55,518 bases of DNA from positions 1-55,518 of the forward strand of contig CAMYLP010000007.1 of the NCBI GenBank assembly GCA_947259245.1. The letters run 5' to 3'. The notes under the pieces are model-generated. The model made no database searches, had not been told where the DNA came from, and saw only the letters and a program-made list of their open reading frames with translations. This stretch comes from an uncultured Patescibacteria group bacterium. GTDB lineage: Bacteria > Patescibacteriota > Minisyncoccia > Phycocordibacterales > UBA12088. Positions 31,462 to 38,170 of the stretch are shown piece after piece; the first letter of the stretch is position 1, and every line of letters begins with the position of its first letter. The position numbers and the translations under genes were made by a program.

Positions 31462-32946
31462 ATGATACCAGCCATAATTGCTGCGCTGGTGGTCCTCGCG
31501 GGTGGGACCACTGTTGTAGTCGCAGACGATGCAACACCCGGTGATGCGCTGTACGGTGTAGACCGTGCTACCGAGCGCGTGCGTCTCGTACTTGCGAGCG
31601 ATGAACGTGAGGACGAGCTTCGGCTGCGCTTTGCTGAAGAGCGCCTTGACGAACTTGAGGAGGTCATTGAAGAAGAATCTGACGATAGCGACGATAGTGA
31701 TGACGGGGGCGATAGTGCTGAGGGTCTGACGGAAGCCGAAGCAAAAGTATTCACCAATGATACCGTTGTGAAGGTGGAGCTCAACGACATGAAGCAAATA
31801 TTGGTCGACGAAAACACAAGTACCGAACGCACTGATATTGTAATGTTTGTTGCAGAGAGTCTTGGTCTTGAGACTGACGTCGTGGATGCAGTACTGACCA
31901 TTGAGGTCAAAAATCGTGCAAGTACCGAGGAGGATAAACAGGTAAAGCGCATTAAGGACAAGGTGCGCGTCGAAACAGCACTTGAGAATGCCACCGTATC
32001 GCTTGCGGAAGTTGCAGCGAAGCTTGATGAAAAGGGGAACGAAGAAGCAAATGAAGCTGTCCAAGCAGTACTCGACCGCTTGATGTTGCGAATAGAGACG
32101 CTTCCGGACGAGGTGAAGACACGTGTTGAATACGAGGTTCATGACGATGGCGAGGAGACGCTGCGGCTAAAGGTTGACGAGGGCGGCAACACCCAGCCTA
32201 TCGAGATAAAGCGTCGTATAGACGAAGATGGCGAGTATCGCTACGAGTGGCGCGGCGAAGGGGTGCGCACACGTATTGATGTCGATGAAGATGGTGAGGT
32301 GGAGATTGAGGTACGTCCAGATAATCGAGGTAAGGGAAACAACAATCCAGACGATGATGAAGGCGAGGAACGCGAAGACCCTATCGATGATGACAAACAA
32401 GGCCTGACCGAGGCAGAGATCCGTATTGGCGAGACGACGACGTCAGCAGAGGTTGAGTTCAACGATCAAGACTTTGACCTCACCTTCGAGACGACTGACA
32501 TTGAGGTGGTGAAAGCACGTATCGCCGCTGAGTTCGGCACAACTGTTGCGGAAGTTGAGGCAGTGTTGAAACTTGAAGACAGCGATGACGATATGGACGA
32601 CGCTGACGATGTCGACGAAGATGCAGACGATGAGTCAGAAGAGAGTGATACTGACGATGAGTCCGAGCTTCGGATAGAGGCACGTGTGCAAGACGGGAAG
32701 ACCGACGTGCATGTAAAGAACGGCGATGAAGAAGATGAGTACACGTCGACAGCAGCAAGCCGAGGTGCGCTCATCATGGAGCTTGCGTCAAAGTATAGCC
32801 TCACGACAAGTGCAGTTGACGAAGCGCTTGACTATGAGGTGGAGGAGTCCAAGGACGATGACGAGCCTGACAGTGACGAGGATGACCCGTCGGAGGACTC
32901 GCTCGATGACAGCGACGATGTTGATGACGTGGACGACGACGAGTAG
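31462..32946 (+). CDS. Membrane-anchored hyper-acidic (D/E-rich) repeat protein
   Basis: 494 aa with an N-terminal TM (IPAIIAALVVLAGGTTVVVA). It carries long D/E runs (DDSDDSDDGGD, DDDMDDADDVDEDADDESEESDTDDE, DDSDDVDDVDDDE) and three ~60-aa related modules. Confidence 0.85.
   Translation: MIPAIIAALVVLAGGTTVVVADDATPGDALYGVDRATERVRLVLASDEREDELRLRFAEERLDELEEVIEEESDDSDDSDDGGDSAEGLTEAEAKVFTNDTVVKVELNDMKQILVDENTSTERTDIVMFVAESLGLETDVVDAVLTIEVKNRASTEEDKQVKRIKDKVRVETALENATVSLAEVAAKLDEKGNEEANEAVQAVLDRLMLRIETLPDEVKTRVEYEVHDDGEETLRLKVDEGGNTQPIEIKRRIDEDGEYRYEWRGEGVRTRIDVDEDGEVEIEVRPDNRGKGNNNPDDDEGEEREDPIDDDKQGLTEAEIRIGETTTSAEVEFNDQDFDLTFETTDIEVVKARIAAEFGTTVAEVEAVLKLEDSDDDMDDADDVDEDADDESEESDTDDESELRIEARVQDGKTDVHVKNGDEEDEYTSTAASRGALIMELASKYSLTTSAVDEALDYEVEESKDDDEPDSDEDDPSEDSLDDSDDVDDVDDDE
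31726..32847 (+). repeat. Three dispersed ~60-aa modules in the acidic protein
   Basis: LTEAEAKVFTNDTVVKVELND...IVMFVAESLGLETDVVDAVLTIEV (31726-31910). LTEAEIRIGETTTSAEVEFND...VVKARIAAEFGTTVAEVEAVLKLE (32404-32580). ELRIEARVQDGKTDVHVKNGD...LIMELASKYSLTTSAVDEALDYEVE (32665-32847). Confidence 0.65.
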
Positions 32947-32967
32947 CACGTACCCTCGAGAGAGCAC

Positions 32968-33000
32968 AAAACGCCAGACATAATCTGGCGTTTTGTTTTG
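32968..33000 (+). terminator. Rho-independent terminator
   Basis: AAAACGCCAGA-cataa-TCTGGCGTTTT followed by GTTTTG, 22 nt after the stop at 32946. Confidence 0.8.
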
Positions 33001-33068
33001 CCGCGGTGGGAGTCTGTAAGCATCGAAGTCTGCTATCCTCCTTCAGGCTACAGGCTTAGCTCGCTGTC

Positions 33069-33097
33069 TTGACATATGTAAGGTGTGTGGTTAGCTT
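33069..33097 (+). promoter_or_regulatory. Sigma70-type promoter candidate TTGACA-17-TAGCTT
   Basis: A perfect -35 at 33069-33074, a 17-nt spacer and a weak -10 at 33092-33097. GGAGG at 33117-33121 lies 8 nt before the ATG at 33130. Confidence 0.4.
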
Positions 33098-33129
33098 TGT
33101 GCAGAGACACTGACACGGAGGAACAATGA

Positions 33130-33828
33130 ATGAACACCACATACGACCTAAGCTGGAACCACAGCACGTTTCGTGCAAAAGGCACACTGTTTATGATGAC
33201 AGCACGCGCCGCCTGGGACACACGGCACGATGGCGCAGAAGCATATGCCGGAGCGTGCACAGGATTTTCCAGCACGTGCTACAGCATTGCCGGTACCTCG
33301 GCAGCGCAACTGCGTGCCATCTTTCACGGAGAGCACACAACTCCAAAAAAGCTGTTGAGCGTTTTACTGTGGTCTGTCACCTGGCTGCCCCTTGGCACCT
33401 TGTGTTACCTCCTGATGTTGCCCGCATCAAACCATGTTGTTAAACTCATCGGATACGAGGAGATGACAGCTGATCAGTGTGACGTGCGCCAGAGCATCTT
33501 GCGCCGGTGGTACAAACGAAACGAAGCAACCGCATGTTGTTTGTTGGGACTGGAAAAAGAACCAAAGGTCCACACTCGTGGTTTGCTTTTGGTCGGACTG
33601 GCAAGCGTGCTGCCGAGACGTATGCATGACACAAAACAACATCGGCTGAACTTTGCTATCAAGGCTGCCGAGGAAGTTGAAGAGGACGATCCGCGACAAG
33701 CACTTCGGATCTACCGCGCTGCAGCAAAGCTCTATGATGACGAAACGCTACGTGAGAGATATCTGATAAAAGCCAAAGATCTCGCAGAACAAACAGACGC
33801 TCATGACCAAGCACTAAAGATATCATGA
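33130..33828 (+). CDS. Hypothetical protein with one central hydrophobic segment
   Basis: 232-aa ORF with a Shine-Dalgarno sequence (GGAGG) at good spacing. The hydrophobic stretch is LLSVLLWSVTWLPLGTLCYLLMLPA. No family was recognised. Confidence 0.55.
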   Translation: MNTTYDLSWNHSTFRAKGTLFMMTARAAWDTRHDGAEAYAGACTGFSSTCYSIAGTSAAQLRAIFHGEHTTPKKLLSVLLWSVTWLPLGTLCYLLMLPASNHVVKLIGYEEMTADQCDVRQSILRRWYKRNEATACCLLGLEKEPKVHTRGLLLVGLASVLPRRMHDTKQHRLNFAIKAAEEVEEDDPRQALRIYRAAAKLYDDETLRERYLIKAKDLAEQTDAHDQALKIS

Positions 33829-33835
33829 ACATCTG

Positions 33836-33867
33836 AACCCCCGCATACGTCATGCGGGGTTCTTTCT
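33836..33867. terminator. Hairpin between convergent genes (bidirectional terminator candidate)
   Basis: AACCCCCGCAT-acgtc-ATGCGGGGTT with one bulged C, followed by CTTTCT on the plus strand. Confidence 0.6.
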
Positions 33868-34594
33868 ATTGTGTATCAATACAGAGTTTCTCCAGAAGGG
33901 TCTCCAGCTCCGCACCCTTGATGTGTCGAAAGGTGTTTGGGCGCAGCTGACCGAGGCGGATGTTCATGATACGCGTGCGGTGCAGGGTGTTCACGGTGTA
34001 TCCGAGAGCATTCGTCATGCGCTTTATCTGGTGGTTCTTGCCCTCAGTGAGCGTGATGCGGAAGGTATGTTTGTCGAGTCGTTTTACCACGCAAGGCTTG
34101 GTGACGTAACCGCCTATGTCGACACCGTTACTCATCTGCTCTACAAAATCGCTCCGAAGGCGTTCGTTCACGGTCACCTTGTACTCCTTCTCATGCGGTT
34201 TGTCAGGAGAGAGCAGTGGCTCAACGATACGCCCGTCGTCGGTAAGGAGGATAAGGCCGGTAGAGTTCTTGTCGAGGCGACCGACGGGGAAGACATCGAG
34301 CGAATTGTCTAGCTTATGGATATGGTCTGCTATTTCACGCTCGTTGCCTTGTGCACCGTGTGTGACAGTACCTTTAGTTTTGTGGTAGGCGAGGTAGACA
34401 CATGAGTCTTTCTGACGAGCCCCATGCACCTCGACGGTGTCGTGCTCATCCACCTTACTACCAAGCACAGCAGGCACGCCGTTTATGAGTACCTTGCCTT
34501 CAGCGACCAAGCCATCAGCGGCCCGTCGCGTGCTGTAACCTTTGTGCGCAAGGTACTTGTTTATGCGCATCGGCCACATAGTGTTGCTTGACAT
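33866..34594 (-). CDS. Pseudouridine synthase, RsuA/RluB family (S4 domain + catalytic domain)
   Basis: MRINKYLAHKGYSTRRAADGLVAEGKVLINGV is the S4 domain and FPVGRLDKNSTGLILLTDDG is the catalytic Asp motif. An alternative start is the ATG at 34570. Confidence 0.9.
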   Translation of the reverse strand: MSSNTMWPMRINKYLAHKGYSTRRAADGLVAEGKVLINGVPAVLGSKVDEHDTVEVHGARQKDSCVYLAYHKTKGTVTHGAQGNEREIADHIHKLDNSLDVFPVGRLDKNSTGLILLTDDGRIVEPLLSPDKPHEKEYKVTVNERLRSDFVEQMSNGVDIGGYVTKPCVVKRLDKHTFRITLTEGKNHQIKRMTNALGYTVNTLHRTRIMNIRLGQLRPNTFRHIKGAELETLLEKLCIDTQ

Positions 34595-34600
34595 AAGTGC

Positions 34601-34629
34601 ATGTTATGCCATAATAACAATTAAATCAA
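34601..34629 (-). promoter_or_regulatory. Promoter TTGATT-17-TAACAT ending 6 nt before the ATG (leaderless type)
   Basis: On the minus strand, TTGATT is at 34629-34624, followed by a 17-nt spacer, TAACAT at 34606-34601, the 6 nt gcactt, and the ATG at 34594. Confidence 0.5.
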
Positions 34630-34720
34630 GTTCTGCCAGGAGGAGTGCACATGCTGCCGTTCTATTAAATATGATCCGGTCACCAAGAGGTCTCGTCCGC
34701 CTCATGTCTGCGGCCGGCAG

Positions 34721-34754
34721 ACAAACAAGCCCCGAGAGCTACTGCTCTCGGGGC
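34721..34754 (-). terminator. Rho-independent terminator of the VOC gene
   Basis: GCCCCGAGAGC-tact-GCTCTCGGGGC (34729-34754). On the minus strand it is followed by TTGTTTGT. Confidence 0.7.
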
Positions 34755-34778
34755 GTCTCAGTGTGGGTCGAATACACA

Positions 34779-35171
34779 TCACTTGCGTGTGTGTAGAGCG
34801 ATGTGATTACCCTCCGTGTCCTCAACACCAGCGATGTAGCCATGTTCACCGATATCCTTCTTGGGAAAGATGATCTTGCAGCCTGCTTCCTCAACGCGAG
34901 CAAGCGCGTTGTCAAAGTCAGGTGTCGTGAAGTAGATGATGACACCTGCCCCATTTTGAGACGGCGTGTACATGTCGTGTTTCACCAATGAGCCCGATGT
35001 TCCTTTGCCGCTCTCGTGCATGGGGAACCAGCTCATGGTCATACCATCCTTTTCGGGCTGACGTATTAGTGCGATTCCCAACAGCGTCTCGTAAAACGTT
35101 TCTGCTCGGTCAAGATCCACAACAGGGATCTCAAACCAGCCTACCGGATTGTAGTCTTCCATAGATATCAT
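34779..35171 (-). CDS. VOC-family protein (glyoxalase/bleomycin-resistance fold)
   Basis: 130 aa. GWFEIPVVDLDRAETFYETLLG and GYIAGVEDTEGNHIALH are typical of small VOC proteins. Confidence 0.8.
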   Translation of the reverse strand: MISMEDYNPVGWFEIPVVDLDRAETFYETLLGIALIRQPEKDGMTMSWFPMHESGKGTSGSLVKHDMYTPSQNGAGVIIYFTTPDFDNALARVEEAGCKIIFPKKDIGEHGYIAGVEDTEGNHIALHTRK

Positions 35172-35256
35172 GTCTAAAGAGTAACGACACGGTCAGTATA
35201 GCATGGTACGTATACCCGATAAGAATACCGCCCTCGAAGGAGGGCGGTGGCATGCA

Positions 35257-35709
35257 CTAGTGTCGTGTGGCAGTGTCTTCTTGTTGGGACACGATAGTTT
35301 CTGCTGAATAAGCATCGTGATTGACAAGCGCAACGCGGTTTCCGCGTAGTATACGGAGACGTTTCCGTGTATGGAATTGTGACTGCGGATATTCTCGCGC
35401 CAGCTTGCTATAGAACACATCACGCGCCAGTCGCCAATACCGGTACTCAGTGCGGAATGTCTGACTGGCGAGTGCGCCCTCATGCGTACTATCCGACTGG
35501 AATAATGACTCCATGAGAGCCTGCTCCGCCACCTTTCCTTGTTGGTACTGTAGGATGTAAAGGTTTGCCATGCTCGGCGAGAGTTCACCCAGAAGCGTGA
35601 TGTGTCTTTCATCAACCTCAACGTACGCATCAGGCATCGTCTCAGGTAGCTCATTGCAACGTAATGCGTCATGTATTCGCCACACGATATGGTCCCTATC
35701 GTAAGTCAT
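35257..35709 (-). CDS. Hypothetical protein
   Basis: 150-aa ORF preceded by GAGGAGG (GGAGG at 35718-35714 on the minus strand, 4 nt before the ATG). I prefer it to the overlapping alternative frame 35193-35672. Confidence 0.6.
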   Translation of the reverse strand: MTYDRDHIVWRIHDALRCNELPETMPDAYVEVDERHITLLGELSPSMANLYILQYQQGKVAEQALMESLFQSDSTHEGALASQTFRTEYRYWRLARDVFYSKLAREYPQSQFHTRKRLRILRGNRVALVNHDAYSAETIVSQQEDTATRH

Positions 35710-35786
35710 GTTTCCTCCTCATTGTAGGCATGGTGTGTACTGTTCTTCCACAACCGTACCACCCACATGCACATTTTCAAAGTTAG

Positions 35787-36206
35787 CTAGAGACACTTAC
35801 GGCAGCGGCACCCGTGAGGTTTTATAAACTCATCAACGTACTCCTCACCGTAGTCATACACCAGCTCGGTGCCCGGCCTAATGTGTTGTATGGCCTTAAT
35901 AAAAATGCGCTTGCCTCGTTGTATGGATTCACAGTTAGGTACACACGAGTGATTGATGTAACGGGCTATGTTATGACGGGTAGCACCGTTGATTGTCCAT
36001 CTACCGTTTATCTCAAATAGGTAGCGTGCTCGGGTGAGTTCATTTGCCTCCTCGTTCGTAATGATCGGGCCCACGTACTCAATGTACATCCCCGGCTTTA
36101 TCTTCTTGGTTGCATAGAGGCCCAGGCCAGCACTGGAGCGGCCTATACGAAGGGAAGTGTGTGGAATGGGATTCGTTCTACGCATGTGAGGGCTATTAAA
36201 ACACAT
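35787..36206 (-). CDS. SET-domain protein (putative protein lysine methyltransferase)
   Basis: SAGLGLYATKKIKPGMYIEYVGPII, RYINHSCVPNC, GTELVYDYG and a C-terminal Cys cluster (HGCRCRKC). The start is uncertain: ATGs at 36206, 36185 and 36266 are all in frame. Confidence 0.85.
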   Translation of the reverse strand: MCFNSPHMRRTNPIPHTSLRIGRSSAGLGLYATKKIKPGMYIEYVGPIITNEEANELTRARYLFEINGRWTINGATRHNIARYINHSCVPNCESIQRGKRIFIKAIQHIRPGTELVYDYGEEYVDEFIKPHGCRCRKCL

Positions 36207-36231
36207 ATGTATGTATATGTCTAGAACAACG

Positions 36232-36259
36232 TTGACATCTATATAATCTATGTTAAAAT
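36232..36259 (+). promoter_or_regulatory. Promoter TTGACA-16-(TGt)TAAAAT
   Basis: A perfect -35 at 36232-36237 and an extended -10 (TGTTAAAAT) at 36251-36259. An AGGGGAG Shine-Dalgarno-like tract precedes the ATG at 36293. Confidence 0.55.
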
Positions 36260-36292
36260 ACATCACGAACTACGTCATAGGGGAGATACGCA

Positions 36293-36541
36293 ATGTTTCT
36301 GAAACTTTGGTGGTTGTGGTTATTGTGCACGGTCATCTCCTTTACCATCGCCGTGGTAGGTGTGATGAGCCCGCTGTATGACATGGCTGTAATCAGCCTG
36401 GAGCAGAACCTCACAAGCCAACAGGCGTTCACTGAGTTTGTTCGGATGATGTGGGTGTCCTGGTTGGGGTCAATCGGTACCATCGTTTTCGGATTGATGA
36501 CGATCGCCGCGCTGTTGCTGCCCTTGTCAGGCTCCAAATAA
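36293..36541 (+). CDS. Small two-TM membrane protein
   Basis: 82 aa with two clear hydrophobic helices. It has its own promoter and a downstream terminator. Confidence 0.6.
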   Translation: MFLKLWWLWLLCTVISFTIAVVGVMSPLYDMAVISLEQNLTSQQAFTEFVRMMWVSWLGSIGTIVFGLMTIAALLLPLSGSK

Positions 36542-36570
36542 AGCGATCGTAGGAACTGCGAAATGTACAA

Positions 36571-36596
36571 AGGCCACCCTCTTGGGTGGCTTTTTC
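36571..36596 (+). terminator. Rho-independent terminator
   Basis: GCCACCC-tctt-GGGTGGC (36573-36590) followed by TTTTT. Confidence 0.7.
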
Positions 36597-36786
36597 TAAG
36601 ATTCTCCATACCCGTTTAGACTACCCGCAGTATCACGAGGGCACTTCATATATAACAACTATCAGTTTCGTGACAACACCTGTAAGATGTGCAATCACTC
36701 AGCGTACATCAACAAGAAAGCATGCTCAGAGCATCGAGAGTAAGATGCGTACGTGCATAGAGGAAAGACGACCCATAGCAGCTCCA

Positions 36787-36795
36787 TGCTATACT
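36787..36795 (+). promoter_or_regulatory. Extended -10 TGcTATACT, 6 nt upstream of ATG 36802
   Basis: Read directly from the sequence. Confidence 0.5.
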
Positions 36796-36801
36796 CTGGC
36801 T

Positions 36802-38109
36802 ATGCCAGAGATAGAGGGTCATGTGATACAGAACTTCGATTCACTTGCGGTGACGCCAGCACGCACATCCCTCCTCTCCATTGCTGAGGCTGGCTTTCAG
36901 GCAATTCAAACACCCACGGTCGTGCGAAACGCTGTGCGATTGAGCGGCAATAAGCTCATGGTGCATGGTGCCGAGTTTGACCTTTCGGAATATGAGCACC
37001 TGTACATTCTCGGTGTGGGAAAGTGTTCCATCGATGCAGCACTGGAACTCGAGGCAATACTGGGAGAACGTATCACGGAAGGTGTGGTTCTCGATGTGCG
37101 TGGTACCGATGCACTCACCCGCATCAAGGCGCTGGAGGGTAGTCACCCATATCCGACCAATGAGAATGCACAACATACTGCAGAGCTTCTTACGCTAGCA
37201 AAAAAAGCCACCGAGCACGATCTGGTCCTTGCCGTAATATCTGGAGGTGGCTCGACACTGCTGTGCCAGCCTGAGACACATACGTGCGCCGATGAGGCAT
37301 CGCTCGTACGGCACCTTTTCAAGAAGGGAGCGACCATTGAGGAGCTCAACACGGTACGCAAGCACCTCTCCCGTGCGCGCGGTGGTCACATTGCCGCAGC
37401 AACACACCCAGCACAACTGGTGACCATGATATTCTCGGATGTACCGGGCGACGATTTGCACACCATAGCGAGTGCCCCGACCGTCCTTGATGAAAGCACG
37501 CTAGAAGATGCAAAACGTGTCTTCGACATGTACGGAGCATCGGCGAGTTTCTCTGTCGAGCATCTTTTTGAGACACCCAAGGATACAGAGAAGTTTAGCC
37601 GAGTGCGTAACGAGCTCGTGGTCACAAACAGAACGGCGCTTGACGCCATGAAGGCTCGTGCCGAGGAGCTTGGCTACACTGCGGAAATATGTGACACCGA
37701 GCTTCAAGGTGAAGCAAAAGAGGTGGCAGACATGATCGTTAAAAAGCTGCACGATTCTAAAGAAAGAAGTGTACTCTTGTACGGCGGGGAAACCACCGTG
37801 ACCATCACCGGCCCCGGCAAGGGCGGTCGCAATGAGGAACTTTCTGCTGCTGCGCTGCCGCTCATCAATGACGATGAGCTGGTGCTTTCTATTGCAAGCG
37901 ATGGACGTGACAATACAGACGTGGCGGGAGGCATAGCGGATGCCCACACACGCGAACAAGCGCACGTACGTGGCTTGAATGCAGAGGACTTCCTTTTCAC
38001 TAACGACACGTTTTCCTTTTTCCACACTTTACAGCAGGGTGTGGAGACGGGGTATACTGGAGCTAACGTAGCCGATCTGGTGATCGCGATGAAACACGGG
38101 TCGAGCTAG
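36802..38109 (+). CDS. Glycerate kinase, MOFRL family (glycerate 2-kinase / TtuD-like)
   Basis: ILGVGKCSIDAA, SGGGSTLL, RKHLSRARGGH, GGETTVTITGPGKGGRNEE, SDGRDNTDVAGG, TGANVADL. I chose the ATG at 36802 because TG-c-TATACT (36787-36795) ends 6 nt upstream and a terminator lies at 36571-36596, inside the ORF-track extension. Confidence 0.85.
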   Translation: MPEIEGHVIQNFDSLAVTPARTSLLSIAEAGFQAIQTPTVVRNAVRLSGNKLMVHGAEFDLSEYEHLYILGVGKCSIDAALELEAILGERITEGVVLDVRGTDALTRIKALEGSHPYPTNENAQHTAELLTLAKKATEHDLVLAVISGGGSTLLCQPETHTCADEASLVRHLFKKGATIEELNTVRKHLSRARGGHIAAATHPAQLVTMIFSDVPGDDLHTIASAPTVLDESTLEDAKRVFDMYGASASFSVEHLFETPKDTEKFSRVRNELVVTNRTALDAMKARAEELGYTAEICDTELQGEAKEVADMIVKKLHDSKERSVLLYGGETTVTITGPGKGGRNEELSAAALPLINDDELVLSIASDGRDNTDVAGGIADAHTREQAHVRGLNAEDFLFTNDTFSFFHTLQQGVETGYTGANVADLVIAMKHGSS

Positions 38110-38170
38110 AGGAGGCGCCAGTGCTGGCGGCTTCCTGTGTGTATGTACATTAGCGGCAAATGTTCTTCGT

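Noticed and set aside
31446-32142. Two minus-strand ORFs (182 aa, Ser-rich; 229 aa) opposite the acidic-protein gene.
   Set aside because: They are mirror images of GAN/GAR-rich coding sequence: the complement of Asp/Glu codons gives Ser/Leu/Ile runs. They have no start signals, whereas the plus-strand gene has a TM anchor, repeats and a terminator.
33126-33443. A 105-aa ORF starting at the ATG at 33126, 4 nt before the 232-aa ORF start and sharing the same GGAGG.
   Set aside because: Its spacing to the Shine-Dalgarno sequence is only 4 nt, against 8 nt for the ATG at 33130. Its translation is R/H/C-rich and ends early, whereas the 33130 frame stays open for 232 codons up to a terminator.
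35193-35672. A 159-aa minus-strand ORF overlapping the 150-aa ORF 35257-35709 in another frame.
   Set aside because: The 150-aa frame has a strong GAGGAGG site at correct spacing and a more protein-like composition. The alternative frame is R/S/W-rich and has no ribosome-binding site.
36253-36609. A 118-aa minus-strand ORF opposite the small two-TM ORF.
   Set aside because: The plus strand has a canonical promoter (TTGACA-16-TGtTAAAAT), a Shine-Dalgarno-like tract, two clean TM helices and a terminator at 36571-36596. The minus ORF would run through that terminator hairpin and overlap the SET promoter region.
36586-36801. N-terminal extensions of ORF-track ORFs: 36586, 42537, 45593, 54674, 29536, 23817, 25132, 16073, 55029, 22880, 40982, 45117, and 40863 on the minus strand.
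   Set aside because: The extensions overlap upstream genes or terminators, add non-conserved residues ahead of well-known N-termini (eno, smc, glycerate kinase, nrdJ), or start with GTG/TTG. In each case an internal ATG with a -10 box or a GGAGG site at correct spacing is available.
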